Notes: generated from the letters alone by a model not told the origin. Numbered from the stretch's first letter, positions 29,046 through 41,371 are shown. The stretch is DNA of 64,000 bases from Niveibacterium sp. (GCF_041909475.1 NZ_JAYRDJ010000019.1:11283-75282); one strand, 5' to 3'. Numbers and translations are program-made.

Positions 29046-29450
29046 ATGAAGCATACGTTTCCCGAGCCCGCACAACAGCATGTCTGGGACACCGTCGTAG
29101 CACTCAATGCCGCGTGGACTTTCGGCGACCCCGACGAGCTGTCCGCCTACTTTCACCCCCGCATGGTTGCCATCACGCCGGGCGACCGCTGGCGCCGCCT
29201 CGGCGCCGAGCAATGCATCGCCGGCTGGAAGGGCTTCCGCGAAGCCGCGCAGATCCACCGCTTCGATGTGACCGAACCGGTGGTCGACGTATTCGGCGAC
29301 GCGGCGGTGGTGAGCTACTACTACGACATGTCCTTCGACATGGGTGGGCAAACCATCGACACCGGCGGGCGCGACCTGTTCTTCCTGGTGCGCGAAGGCG
29401 CTCGCTGGTGGGTCGTCGCGGACCAGTTCTCGCCCTATCCCTCGAGCTGA
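29046..29450 (+). CDS. NTF2/SnoaL-like (DUF4440) protein
   Basis: Size and pattern ([28 protein letters not shown]). Confidence 0.75.
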   Translation: MKHTFPEPAQQHVWDTVVALNAAWTFGDPDELSAYFHPRMVAITPGDRWRRLGAEQCIAGWKGFREAAQIHRFDVTEPVVDVFGDAAVVSYYYDMSFDMGGQTIDTGGRDLFFLVREGARWWVVADQFSPYPSS

Positions 29451-29494
29451 ACGCTGCGCCGCGCCTGCAGACATCTGGCCACACAGGAGGAACG

Positions 29495-29944
29495 ATGCCC
29501 GCCTTTCAACTCGCCCAGCTCAATATCGCGCACCTGCTCGAACCGCTCGACTCGCCACGTCTGGCGGACTTTGTCGCCAACCTCGAACGGATCAACCAAC
29601 TGGCCGAACAATCGCCCGGCTTCGTCTGGCGCCTGCAGGATGAAGCGGGCGACGCCACGGCGATGCGGCCGTTCGCGGACGACGTGATCGTCAACATGTC
29701 CGTGTGGCAGGACATCGCAGCGCTGCACACGTTCGCCTTCCGCTCGGCGCATGCCGACATCCTGCGCCGGCGCCGCGAATGGTTTGCACGCATGGCCGAT
29801 GCGTACGCTGTGCTGTGGTGGGTGCCCGCGAATCATCGCCCCAGCATGGAGGAAGCAGCCGAGCGCCTCGCCAGCCTTCGCGCACACGGCCCAACGGAAT
29901 TCGCATTCACCTTCCGCGACGCCTTCCCCGCCCCCGCTGCGTGA
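29495..29944 (+). CDS. DUF3291 domain protein
   Basis: LAQLNI, SPGFVWRLQ, NMSVW, RR.EWF, LWWVP, GPT..AFTF; AGGAGG RBS. Confidence 0.9.
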   Translation: MPAFQLAQLNIAHLLEPLDSPRLADFVANLERINQLAEQSPGFVWRLQDEAGDATAMRPFADDVIVNMSVWQDIAALHTFAFRSAHADILRRRREWFARMADAYAVLWWVPANHRPSMEEAAERLASLRAHGPTEFAFTFRDAFPAPAA

Positions 29945-30094
29945 CGAAGTTTGACACTCACCGCATCGGCGGCGTGGAAAACTGCGCAGGCCCAGCTTTG
30001 CATTGCGCACTACGCTAGCGTGTGCCTGCCCTGCAGGTGATCGGCCACATCAGAAGAAGTGGCCAACACGCCACTCAGCTTCGCATCCACGCAC

Positions 30095-30397
30095 ATGAAC
30101 ACGCGCTCGAACTCCCCCTGGGGCGCCACGCTGCCCCTCAAGTCACTCCGCAGCACCCCGCCGAAGCAACGCCTCAACGGCTGGTGGCTCGAGCACGCGC
30201 CGGGGCAATCCAACGCCACCGGCATCATCGGTGCCTTCGTGCACACCGCAGCCGGCAAAACGAGCTCGGTCATCGACATCGATGCAGAAACGCGCCGCGT
30301 AAAAACCAAAAGCGGCACAATCTACGAACTGGGCTTGCCCGACACCGCTTTTGCGCGTGAGAACAGCCGCCTGCTGCGCGAACTCGGGCTGATCTAG
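30095..30397 (+). CDS. Small hypothetical protein
   Basis: 100-aa ORF co-oriented with neighbours, protein-like composition (KTSSVIDID...KTKSGTIYELG). Confidence 0.65.
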   Translation: MNTRSNSPWGATLPLKSLRSTPPKQRLNGWWLEHAPGQSNATGIIGAFVHTAAGKTSSVIDIDAETRRVKTKSGTIYELGLPDTAFARENSRLLRELGLI

Positions 30398-30472
30398 CAA
30401 GCACGCGACACCTTCACCGGGCGGCGCCACGGCGGCGTAAAGTGCGGGCTCCCACACTACGCAGCCTGCCCG

Positions 30473-31204
30473 ATGCCTGTCACCACAAACGCCTTTGGCC
30501 AGCCCGTTGGCGCCGAAGTTCCGAACTGGTCGCCGCCGCCTTGGCCAGGCGGCGTTGCACTGCAGGGCCGTTTCTGCCGCGTCGAACCACTCGACCCCGC
30601 ACGCCACGCGGAAGAACTATTCGCGGCTGACGCGCTGGATCACGACGGCAGCAGCTGGACCTACCTGCCCTACGGCCCCTTCACGTCGCTCGACGAATAC
30701 CGGGCCTGGTTGACCGACATGGCTGCAGGGCAAGACCCCTGCTTCTACGCGATCGTGGATGCCGCAACCGGTCGCGCAGTCGGCGTGTGCAGCTACTTGC
30801 GCATCGACCCCGCTGCCGGGCCGATCGAGGTGGGTCACCTGCACTTCTCGCCGCTGCTGCAGGGCAAACCCGCCGCCACCGAGGCGATGTTCCTGATGAT
30901 GCAGCAGGCGTTCGCGCTTGGTTACCGGCGCTATGAGTGGAAGTGCAATTCACTCAATGAGCCTTCCCGCCGCGCCGCGCTGCGGCTCGGTTTCACCTAC
31001 GAAGGCTGCTTTCGGCAGGCGCGCATTGATCGCGGCCGCAACCGCGACACCACGTGGTATTCGGTCATCGATGCGGAGTGGCCGGCGCTGAAAGCACTGT
31101 TCGAACAATGGCTCGCGCCGGAGAATTTCGACGAGGACGGTCGCCAACGGGTCGCGCTGTCGGCACTGACCGCCTCGCTGCACGACGCGGACGCCAAGGC
31201 CTGA
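30473..31204 (+). CDS. GNAT family N-acetyltransferase (RimJ/RimL-like)
   Basis: WTYLPYGPF, IEVGHL, YRRYEWKCNSLN.PSRRAA.RLGF.YEG.FRQ, RNRDT.WYS. Confidence 0.93.
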   Translation: MPVTTNAFGQPVGAEVPNWSPPPWPGGVALQGRFCRVEPLDPARHAEELFAADALDHDGSSWTYLPYGPFTSLDEYRAWLTDMAAGQDPCFYAIVDAATGRAVGVCSYLRIDPAAGPIEVGHLHFSPLLQGKPAATEAMFLMMQQAFALGYRRYEWKCNSLNEPSRRAALRLGFTYEGCFRQARIDRGRNRDTTWYSVIDAEWPALKALFEQWLAPENFDEDGRQRVALSALTASLHDADAKA

Positions 31205-31228
31205 GCGTGCCGCGCTAAACTCGTCGGC

Positions 31229-31969
31229 ATGGTTTCACCCAGCCCAACGCACCCCGCCCCGCCCGAAGACCACCGCCCTCGCGTGGCTGCCGAGCGGCGC
31301 GAGCGGACGCGGGCGCGGCTGATCGCCAGCGCGCTCGTCGTGATCGCGCAGCGTGGCCTGGAGCCGGGCGTGATCGACGAAGTGATCACCGCAGCGGGCG
31401 TCGCGCGCGGTACGTTCTACAACTACTTCCGCACGCATGAAGCGCTCTGGGCTGGCGTGGCGGAGGCCGTCAGCAACGAGATCGTTCGTGTCATCGACCC
31501 CCTCGTCTTGCTGCACCGAGACCCGGCGGCGAGACTCGCAGCCGGCTTGCGCTATGCCTTGCGGCTTGCGAAGACATACCCGCTGTTCGCCACCTTTGTG
31601 GTGCGCGGTGGCCACGCGGCCATCCGCCAGGGCGGCCAAGCCACCCAGAACGTCATGCGCGACATCGACGCGGGGATCGCGACCGGTCGCTTTGCCGCTT
31701 TGCCGGCTGCACTGATCCTCGATCTTGTTTTCGGTTCGGTTGTCGCGGCGTTTGCCACGGTGCAATCCGGTAACGCCCCCAATGACTACCCGGAGCAGTT
31801 CGCGCAGGCATTACTCCAAGCGCTCGGTGTGCCGCGGGCAGCCGCTCAGCGCCATGCGACATGCGCGCTCGCGCCAATCGAGATTCCCGCGGACTCCCTG
31901 CTCGCCCACGCCCGCAGGGCCGCCGACACCACCTCGACACCGAAACCGGCGCGCCCAAACCAAAAGTGA
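31229..31969 (+). CDS. TetR/AcrR family transcriptional regulator
   Basis: TRARLIASA, AAGVARGTFYNYF HTH. Confidence 0.92.
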   Translation: MVSPSPTHPAPPEDHRPRVAAERRERTRARLIASALVVIAQRGLEPGVIDEVITAAGVARGTFYNYFRTHEALWAGVAEAVSNEIVRVIDPLVLLHRDPAARLAAGLRYALRLAKTYPLFATFVVRGGHAAIRQGGQATQNVMRDIDAGIATGRFAALPAALILDLVFGSVVAAFATVQSGNAPNDYPEQFAQALLQALGVPRAAAQRHATCALAPIEIPADSLLAHARRAADTTSTPKPARPNQK

Positions 31970-31984
31970 CACCTGTGTCACTTT
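31963..31984. promoter_or_regulatory. Perfect 22-bp palindrome, probable TetR operator
   Basis: AAAGTGACAC-CT-GTGTCACTTT, about 100 bp upstream of the sulfatase start. Confidence 0.7.
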
Positions 31985-32085
31985 GATCGTTGCGGCAGAC
32001 TCGATGCGCCCGACGACCGACGGCATTCGAACCGCCGGCGCCACCCTACTGCGCGCAGCCGGCGCGCCCCCACGAGGAGATCCGT

Positions 32086-33879
32086 ATGTCGCACGATCGC
32101 GTTCCACCCGAACAGCCCGCCGGGCTCACCCGCCGCGAATTTCTGTCGCTGACTGGAGCGGCCGCCGTAGCAGCCCCGCTGTTGGGCAGTTCCAGCTCAG
32201 CGGCCGCCGCCGCACCAACTGGCCGCGCATCGAAGCCGGCACGCAGCGCGGGTAAGGCGCCCAACATCCTGTTCGTGTTCACCGACCAGGAACGCCACAT
32301 CACCCAATGGCCGAAGGGTTACACACTGCCGGGTCACGAACTGCTCGCCAAGCGCGGGGTGCGCTTTGACCAGCACTACTGCCCGGCGGTGATGTGCACC
32401 AGTTCGCGTGCGGTCATGATGACCGGCCTGCAAACCCCCGATAACCGCATGTTCGAGAACGCCGACATGCCCTACGTCGAAGCCCTCTCGACCAAGGTGC
32501 CCACAGTCGGCCACATGCTGCGCAAGGCCGGCTACTACACCGCCTACAAAGGCAAATGGCACCTGAATGCGGCATTCGACACCGAAGCGCCCGATCAGTT
32601 GTTCACCAAGGAGATGGATGCCTACGGCTTCTCCGACTTCGTTTGGCCGGGCGATGTGCTGGTGCACACGCTGGGCGGCTACAAGCACGACCACATGATC
32701 GCCGGCAGCGCGGTGTCCTGGCTTCGAGAAAAGGGCCAGGCACTGCAGAGCGACGGCAAGCCCTGGGCGCTGTTCGTAAGCCTGGTGAACCCGCACGACA
32801 TCATGTACTTCAACACCGACGCGCCGGGCGAGAAGGTTCAGGACACCGGGCACCTGCTGATGCATGCAGCGCGCGCGCCGGAGCACCCCGCCTACCGCAC
32901 GCGCTGGAATGCACCGCTGCCGGCGTCGCTGCGGCAACCTCTCGACACCGCCGGCCGCCCAGGCGCGCACCGCGAATTCCTCCGTGCCTGGGGATACACC
33001 TTGGGCACGATTCCGCTTGAGGCGGAACGCTGGCAACGCTTCTCGGACTTCTATCTGAACTCGATCCGCTCGGTCGACGCGCAACTCAAGCGGATGCTCG
33101 ACGAACTCGACGCATTGGGCCTCGCCGACGACACGATCGTCGTTTTCACCTCCGACCACGGCGAGATGGGCGGCGCCCATGGTCTGCGCGGCAAGGGGCC
33201 GTTTGCATATCAGGAGTCGATCCATGTGCCGATGTATGTCGCCCACCCCGACGTGCGCGGCGGACAGTCTTGCAAGGCGCTGACCGGCCACATCGACATC
33301 GTGCCGACGCTCCTATCGCTTGCTGGCGTTGATGCCACGCGCGCGAGCGAACTGGCGGGCCGTGATCTGCCGGGCCGCGACTTCTCGCCAGCCCTCTCCA
33401 AACCGGCCACTGCTGGGGTACATGCGGTGCGCGATGCCGTGCTGTTCACCTACAGCGGCATCGCGACCAACGACAGCGAGGTCACCCGCATCGTGTCCGA
33501 GGCGCGCGCTGCCGGTCAGGACCCGAAAAACGCGATGGCCGCCGCCGGCTACCGGCCCAACCTGCGCAAGCGCGGCAGCCTGCGCACCACGTTCGACGGC
33601 CGCTACAAGCTCACGCGCTACTTCTCGCCGATCGAACGCCACCGCCCCACGAATCTCGATGAGCTCTTCGCGCGCAACGACGTCGAGCTGTTCGATCTAC
33701 AAAACGATCCGCAGGAGATGCAGAACCTGGCGCTGGACCGCGCCAAACACGCGAGCGTGCTTGAATCGATGCGGGAGAAGCTCGAGCAACAGATCGTGCG
33801 CGAGATTGGTGTCGACGATGGGCGTGAGATGCCGGACTTCGACGGCATCAAGTGGCAGATCGACCGCCTGGACCTGTAA
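32086..33879 (+). CDS. Tat-exported sulfatase-like hydrolase (Cys-type)
   Basis: TRREFL twin-arginine signal, NILFVFTDQ, CTSSRA..MTG (CxxxR), GKWHL, TSDHGE..GAHG..GKG; GAGGAG RBS. Confidence 0.9.
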   Translation: MSHDRVPPEQPAGLTRREFLSLTGAAAVAAPLLGSSSSAAAAAPTGRASKPARSAGKAPNILFVFTDQERHITQWPKGYTLPGHELLAKRGVRFDQHYCPAVMCTSSRAVMMTGLQTPDNRMFENADMPYVEALSTKVPTVGHMLRKAGYYTAYKGKWHLNAAFDTEAPDQLFTKEMDAYGFSDFVWPGDVLVHTLGGYKHDHMIAGSAVSWLREKGQALQSDGKPWALFVSLVNPHDIMYFNTDAPGEKVQDTGHLLMHAARAPEHPAYRTRWNAPLPASLRQPLDTAGRPGAHREFLRAWGYTLGTIPLEAERWQRFSDFYLNSIRSVDAQLKRMLDELDALGLADDTIVVFTSDHGEMGGAHGLRGKGPFAYQESIHVPMYVAHPDVRGGQSCKALTGHIDIVPTLLSLAGVDATRASELAGRDLPGRDFSPALSKPATAGVHAVRDAVLFTYSGIATNDSEVTRIVSEARAAGQDPKNAMAAAGYRPNLRKRGSLRTTFDGRYKLTRYFSPIERHRPTNLDELFARNDVELFDLQNDPQEMQNLALDRAKHASVLESMREKLEQQIVREIGVDDGREMPDFDGIKWQIDRLDL

Positions 33880-34017
33880 TCGTCGAGCGGGGCGGGCGCC
33901 TTTTCAAAGAGCCTGCCCGCAGCATCGAAGATCGAATCCCGATGCGGGCAGCGCGCTGGCGCAGCCCCACCGCACGCTCAGCGGGCACGCGGATCGCCGA
34001 GCGTTGCGTAACGCCCT

Positions 34018-34773
34018 TCAATTGCCCGCACACCACGCGCCATCGTTCAATCGTTCGGCGACGAGCTTTCCGTCGCGGATCGCGAAGCGCCCGACCGCGA
34101 TGTGGGTTCTGAGCGCGGGGTCGATCGCCTTCAGCAGCGTCTGCTGCATGGCAAACTTGTCGGACCGCTGTTCCTGAAGGGTGCGCCGGAGGTATTCCGC
34201 GACACGGATCAAGTACGGGTCCTGCAACGCGTTCAGGTGTGCCGCGCAGGCTTCGGCGATCGCCTCATGCGCCGGCAGCACGAGTCGCAGGAAAACCCAA
34301 TGGAGGCACAGCGCAAACCCGTTGTGTTGCGAGTTGTCGACGAGCGTCGCGTAGTCGCGTGCCCACAGCGGGGCCGCTTCCGGGTGAGCAGCGATTTCCT
34401 CCGGCACCACGAACAGGTGCTCCAGCGCGTTCTCAAGCAAGTAGATCGACTGGATTTCCGCGCCGCTCGCTGAGGCGACCGGGAAGAACTTCGGCACCGA
34501 TTCGAGGACGTTCCGCTTCAGGTGAATCAGTTCATGGGAAATGATCCGCGGGCTCAGGGCTGACAGCGAAACACGGATCGTGATCGACTGCTGACGGTGC
34601 TCGATGTCGAGCACTGCAGACGCCGACGCAAACGAGGGATTGCGGCGCGCAAAGGATTCGTCGATTTCCTGCACACGCACTGCGATGCCGGTCTGGCTGC
34701 GGATCTGCTGCGGCACGTCGCGCAGCGCGGGCGGAATCGCGTCAAGAAACGCGGCGGGAAAGAAGTCCTGCAT
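34018..34773 (-). CDS. Hypothetical protein with HExxH motif
   Basis: IISHELIHL followed by LENALEH; family not recognised. Confidence 0.65.
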   Translation of the reverse strand: MQDFFPAAFLDAIPPALRDVPQQIRSQTGIAVRVQEIDESFARRNPSFASASAVLDIEHRQQSITIRVSLSALSPRIISHELIHLKRNVLESVPKFFPVASASGAEIQSIYLLENALEHLFVVPEEIAAHPEAAPLWARDYATLVDNSQHNGFALCLHWVFLRLVLPAHEAIAEACAAHLNALQDPYLIRVAEYLRRTLQEQRSDKFAMQQTLLKAIDPALRTHIAVGRFAIRDGKLVAERLNDGAWCAGN

Positions 34774-34967
34774 TAACGGGGCGGGCAAACCGGCGGAGGA
34801 ATTAGGCGGAGTCGCGCGCGCCAAGTTTGCCGGGCGAGTCTAGCATCGCCGGTCTGCCCGCTCGATGCGCCCTCCGGCGGCCAGAGCGGCCAACGCGCCG
34901 ATGAGCCCGCGCAATACAGCGTCGCAGGCGACTCGGCCCCGCGCCGTCGCTTGCCGCTGCAGTGGCG

Positions 34968-35708
34968 TCAGTACCCCTGCCGCCGCGGCCCCTGCTCGAC
35001 ATCAATCACCGCATGCAGCCGGTAGTGCTCACCCGGATGCCACAGCGTGGCGACCGACGCGACGCCGGCCGCGCCCCGCGTTACCCGGTGCATCACCAGA
35101 CAGGGCGAACGGGCATCGATCCCCAGCATGGCTGCGATATCGCGCGGCGGCAGCCTCGCCTCGACCGTGAAGCGCGCGCTCGCAAGCGGCGCAACGCGGG
35201 TCAGGTAGGCGTTGGGGGTTTCGGTGCTGAAGTCCAGTTGCAGGTAGTCCGGCGCCAAGGCGGCGTTGACCCAGCGGTCTTCGACCTGGATCGGGCGGCC
35301 GTCCTCGCGGTGCACCAGCACCGAATGGAACAAGGGCGCGCCGACTGGCAGCTCGAAGGCCTCGGCCAGCGCGGCGTCGACCTGCCCGCGCGCGAGGCTG
35401 AAGAGCTCTGCGGTGTGCGCGTGGCCGCGCGCGGCGATGTCCTCTGCGATGTTGCGGATCTCCAGCAGCGGAGCCTCGACCCGCGGCGGCGCGACGAAGG
35501 TGCCGGCGCCGCGCGTGCGGGTCAGCACGCCGGCCTCGGTCAACTCGCGCAGCGCGCGGTTCACGGTCATCCGCGCGACGCCGAAATCGCGCGCCAGGCC
35601 TTCCTCCGGCGGGATCGCCTCGCCGACCTGCCATTCGCCGGCACGGATGCGGGCGAGCAGCTCGTCCTTGATCTGCTGGTAGCGGGGGGCGCTGCGTTCG
35701 GTGCTCAT
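34968..35708 (-). CDS. hutC: Histidine utilization repressor (GntR/HutC)
   Basis: YQQIK, P.EE.LA..FGVARMTVNRAL, GTFVA, UTRA domain; divergent from hutU. Confidence 0.95.
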   Translation of the reverse strand: MSTERSAPRYQQIKDELLARIRAGEWQVGEAIPPEEGLARDFGVARMTVNRALRELTEAGVLTRTRGAGTFVAPPRVEAPLLEIRNIAEDIAARGHAHTAELFSLARGQVDAALAEAFELPVGAPLFHSVLVHREDGRPIQVEDRWVNAALAPDYLQLDFSTETPNAYLTRVAPLASARFTVEARLPPRDIAAMLGIDARSPCLVMHRVTRGAAGVASVATLWHPGEHYRLHAVIDVEQGPRRQGY

Positions 35709-35821
35709 GGCTCGCTTCTCGGTTCGGGGCGCCGGGCCGTCACCCAGTCGCTTGACAGGCGTCCGCCGAGATCCGTGTTCATTCGTGTGATCCGCGGCGA
35801 AGCGCTTGCCCTCCCATTTAA

Positions 35822-35876
35822 TTGTATAGACAACTCTTGCGCAAAGCATCTTCCTGCGCTAAAAATGTATAGACAA
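35822..35876. promoter_or_regulatory. Two HutC operators
   Basis: TTGTATAGACAA (35822-35833) and ATGTATAGACAA (35865-35876) match the enteric HutC box CTTGTATAGACAAG. Confidence 0.85.
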
Positions 35877-35899
35877 CTTTTGCAGTCGCGGAGTACGCC

Positions 35900-37609
<1,710 letters not shown>

Positions 37610-37634
37610 CCTGCATCCCTCACTGGATTCCGAC

Positions 37635-39179
37635 ATGACCAAGACCATCACCCTCGTCCCCGGCCAGATCACGATGCCGCAGCTGCGCGCGGTGTGGGAC
37701 GGCAGCGCCCGCCTCGCGCTGGACCCCGCCGCCTGGGGCCCGGTGCGCGCCTCGGCCGCCGCGGTGCGCACCATCGTGGAGGCCGGAAAGCCCGCCTACG
37801 GCATCAACACCGGCTTCGGCAAGCTCGCCAACACGCACATCGCGGAAGACCAGCTCGAAGCGCTGCAGACCAACCTGATCCGCTCGCATTCGGTGGGCGT
37901 CGGCCCGCTGATGGACGACGGCGTCGTGCGCCTGATCCTCGCGATGAAGATCGCGAGCCTCGCGCGCGGCTTCTCGGGCATCCGCCCGCTGGTGCTGGAG
38001 ACGATGATCGAGGCCTACAACGCCGGCATCCTGCCCTGCATCCCGAGCAAGGGTTCGGTCGGCGCCTCGGGCGACCTCGCGCCGCTGTCGCACATGACAC
38101 TGGCGCTGATGGGCGAAGGCCGCGTGCGGGTCGATGGCGTCGAACGCAATGCGGCCGACGCGTTGGGCGAAGCCGGCATCACGCCGATCCAGCTCGCTGC
38201 GAAGGAAGGCCTCGCGCTGATCAATGGCACCCAAGCCTCGACCGCGTTGACGTTGCAAGGCCTGTTCCTCGCCGAGCGTGTGTTCGCCGCGGCGATTGCA
38301 GCCGGCGCGATGTCGGTGGACGCCGCGCGCGGCTCCGACGCGCCCTTCGACGCCCGCATCCACGAAGTGCGCGGCCAGCCGGGGCAGATCGCCGTTGCCG
38401 CGCGCTACCGCGAACTGCTCGCCGGCTCCGAGATCCGCCAGTCGCATCTGACCAACGACGACCGCGTGCAGGACCCCTACTCGCTGCGCTGCCAGCCGCA
38501 GGTGATGGGCGCATGTCTGGACCTGCTGCGCGGCGCGGTCACCACGCTGACGATCGAAGCCAATGCGGTCTCCGACAACCCGCTGATCTTCGAGCACGAA
38601 GGCCACTGGTCGGTGCTCTCGGGCGGCAACTTCCATGCGGAGCCGGTGGCCTTTGCGGCAGACACGCTCGCGCTCGCAATCGCCGAGATCGGCGCACTGT
38701 CCGAGCGTCGCATCGCGCTGCTGATCGACGCCTCGCTATCGGGCCTGCCGGCCTTCCTGATCCCGAACCCCGGCCTGCACTCGGGCTTCATGATCGCGCA
38801 CGTCACCGCCGCGGCACTGGCGTCGGAGAACAAGTCGCTCGCCCACCCGGCCAGCGTCGACAGCCTGCCCACCTCGGCGAACCAGGAGGACCACGTCTCG
38901 ATGGCCACCTTCGCCGGCCGGCGCCTGACCGACATGGCGAAGAACACCGCGCACATCGTCGGCATCGAGTTGCTCGCCGCCGCGCAGGGCATCGACTTCC
39001 ATCGCGCGATGAAGACCTCGGTGCCGCTGGAAAAGGTGCATGCGCAACTGCGCGCCGAGGTGCCCTTCCATTCGGACGACCGCTACCTCGCACCCGATCT
39101 GGAAGCCGCGCAGCGCATGGTGCTCTCCGGCATCTTCGACCACGCGGCGCACGATCTCATGCCATCCATCGAGGGCTGA
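37635..39179 (+). CDS. hutH: Histidine ammonia-lyase
   Basis: [17 protein letters not shown] (MIO Ala-Ser-Gly), [16 protein letters not shown]. Confidence 0.98.
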   Translation: MTKTITLVPGQITMPQLRAVWDGSARLALDPAAWGPVRASAAAVRTIVEAGKPAYGINTGFGKLANTHIAEDQLEALQTNLIRSHSVGVGPLMDDGVVRLILAMKIASLARGFSGIRPLVLETMIEAYNAGILPCIPSKGSVGASGDLAPLSHMTLALMGEGRVRVDGVERNAADALGEAGITPIQLAAKEGLALINGTQASTALTLQGLFLAERVFAAAIAAGAMSVDAARGSDAPFDARIHEVRGQPGQIAVAARYRELLAGSEIRQSHLTNDDRVQDPYSLRCQPQVMGACLDLLRGAVTTLTIEANAVSDNPLIFEHEGHWSVLSGGNFHAEPVAFAADTLALAIAEIGALSERRIALLIDASLSGLPAFLIPNPGLHSGFMIAHVTAAALASENKSLAHPASVDSLPTSANQEDHVSMATFAGRRLTDMAKNTAHIVGIELLAAAQGIDFHRAMKTSVPLEKVHAQLRAEVPFHSDDRYLAPDLEAAQRMVLSGIFDHAAHDLMPSIEG

Positions 39180-39182
39180 ACC

Positions 39183-40157
39183 ATGAGCACCGAGGGCGTA
39201 CGGCATACCGGCTTCGACGCGACCATCTGGCAGGGTCGCGAAGACTCGCATGAAGCGCACTTCAGCCAGCGCTGGCATGAGGCGGTGCAGCCGCTGGGCG
39301 ATGCCACGCAGCGCCACGGTGTCGCGCTGCTCGGTTTCGCCTGCGACGCCGGCGTGCGCCGCAACCTCGGCCGCCCCGGCGCCGCCGCCGGCCCCACCGC
39401 CCTGCGTCGCGCGCTGGCCAACGTCGCGCTGGCCGAGGCCTCGGTGCTCTATGACGCCGGCGACGTGCATTGCGACGGCGACGCACTGGAAGCCGCGCAG
39501 GCCCACTACGCCGGCGAGATCGCGAAACTGATCGAGCGCGGCCACCTGCCGATCGGGCTGGGCGGCGGGCACGAGATCGCCTTCGGCAGCTTCATGGGGC
39601 TGGCCACCGCGCTGAAGAAGCGCAGCAGCGAAACACCGCGCATCGGCATCCTGAACTTCGACGCGCATTTCGACCTGCGCGCGGCGGACCGCGCGAGTTC
39701 CGGCACCCCCTTCCGGCAGATCGCCGAGTATTCGCACACGCAGGGCTGGCCCTTCCACTACTCAGTGTTCGGCATCTCGCGCTTCGCGAACACGGCGGCG
39801 CTGTTCGAGCGCGCGAAGCAAGTGGGCGTGCGCTGGATGCTGGATGAAGAACTGGGCGCTGCGAAGCTGCACGCCGCGCTCGCTGCGCTGCACGCATTCC
39901 TCGCGCAAGTCGACCACCTGTACCTGACGATCTGCCTCGACGTGCTGCCGCCCGGCCTCGCCCCCGGCGTCTCGGCGCCCTCGGCGCACGGCGTCGCCAT
40001 GGAAGTCATCGAACCCCTGATCGACGCGGCGGTCGCCAGCGGCAAGCTGCGCCTCGCCGACATCGCCGAACTGAACCCCGCGCAGGACATCGACGCCCAC
40101 ACGGCGCGGGTCGCGGCCCGGCTGGTTGCCCGCATCGCCGCGGGGGCGCATCCGTGA
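39183..40157 (+). CDS. hutG: Formimidoylglutamase (arginase family)
   Basis: [31 protein letters not shown]. Confidence 0.93.
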   Translation: MSTEGVRHTGFDATIWQGREDSHEAHFSQRWHEAVQPLGDATQRHGVALLGFACDAGVRRNLGRPGAAAGPTALRRALANVALAEASVLYDAGDVHCDGDALEAAQAHYAGEIAKLIERGHLPIGLGGGHEIAFGSFMGLATALKKRSSETPRIGILNFDAHFDLRAADRASSGTPFRQIAEYSHTQGWPFHYSVFGISRFANTAALFERAKQVGVRWMLDEELGAAKLHAALAALHAFLAQVDHLYLTICLDVLPPGLAPGVSAPSAHGVAMEVIEPLIDAAVASGKLRLADIAELNPAQDIDAHTARVAARLVARIAAGAHP

Positions 40158-41371
40158 ACGACGCGCCGGTCCGGGACGGACTGCTGCGCAACGTCCATCT
40201 CGCGAGCTTCGTCGGTGAGGGCTACGGCACTGTCCGCAACGCCGCACTTGCGTGGCGCGACGGCACCATCGCCTGGCTCGGGCCGGAAGCTGAGCTGCCC
40301 GCCGAGTTCAGCGCGCTGCCGACCCACGACGGCGCCGGCGGCTGGCTCACGCCGGGGCTGATCGATTGCCACACTCACCTCGTCTACGCCGGCAACCGCG
40401 CCAACGAATTCGAAGCCCGGCTCAACGGCGCGAGCTACGAAGACATCGCCCGCGCCGGTGGCGGCATCCTCTCCACGGTGCGTGCGACACGTGCGGCCGA
40501 CGAAGACGCGCTGCTCGCCGCCAGCCTGCCGCGCGTCGACGCACTGCTCGCTGAGGGCGTCACCACGCTGGAGATCAAATCCGGCTACGGGCTGGACCAG
40601 CCCAGCGAACGCAAGATGCTGCGCGTCGCGCGCCGCATCGGGGAACTGCGCGGCATCACCGTGCGCACCACATTCCTCGGCGCCCACGCGCTGCCAACGG
40701 AGTTCGCCGGCGAGGCCGATGCGTACATCGACCACCTCTGCACCGCGATGCTGCCCGCGCTCGCCAGCGAAGGCCTGGTCGACGCGGTGGATGCCTTCTG
40801 CGAGCGCATCGCCTTCACGCCCGAACAGACCACCCGCGTGTTCGACGCCGCTGCGAAGCTCGGCCTGCCGGTGAAACTGCACGCGGAACAACTCTCCGAC
40901 CAGGGCGGCGCCGCGCTGGTCGCACGCTACCGCGGGCTCTCCGCGGATCATCTCGAATGGTTGTCGGACGACGGGATCGCCGCGATGAAAGCGGCCGGCA
41001 CCATCGCCGTACTGCTGCCCGGCGCCTTTTACTGCCTGCGCGAAACCAGGCTGCCGCCGATCGCCGCGCTGCGCGAGGCTGGCGTGCCGATGGCCGTCGC
41101 CACCGACGCCAACCCCGGCACCTCGCCTCTGACCTCACTGCTGCTCGCGGCGAACATGGCCTGCACGCTGTTCCGCCTCACGCCGCAGGAAGCCCTCGCC
41201 GGCATCACACGCGAAGCGGCACGTGCACTGGGGCTGGTCGATCGCGGCACGCTCGCCGTCGGCAAGCGCGCGGATCTGGCCTTGTGGCGGATCAGCGAGC
41301 CAGCCGAGCTGGCTTACGCGCTCGGCGCGCGGCCCTTGGCTGCGACCTGGGTGGGCGGCATCAAACGCTAG
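40154..41371 (+). CDS. hutI: Imidazolonepropionase
   Basis: [34 protein letters not shown]. Confidence 0.97.
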   Translation: MNDAPVRDGLLRNVHLASFVGEGYGTVRNAALAWRDGTIAWLGPEAELPAEFSALPTHDGAGGWLTPGLIDCHTHLVYAGNRANEFEARLNGASYEDIARAGGGILSTVRATRAADEDALLAASLPRVDALLAEGVTTLEIKSGYGLDQPSERKMLRVARRIGELRGITVRTTFLGAHALPTEFAGEADAYIDHLCTAMLPALASEGLVDAVDAFCERIAFTPEQTTRVFDAAAKLGLPVKLHAEQLSDQGGAALVARYRGLSADHLEWLSDDGIAAMKAAGTIAVLLPGAFYCLRETRLPPIAALREAGVPMAVATDANPGTSPLTSLLLAANMACTLFRLTPQEALAGITREAARALGLVDRGTLAVGKRADLALWRISEPAELAYALGARPLAATWVGGIKR

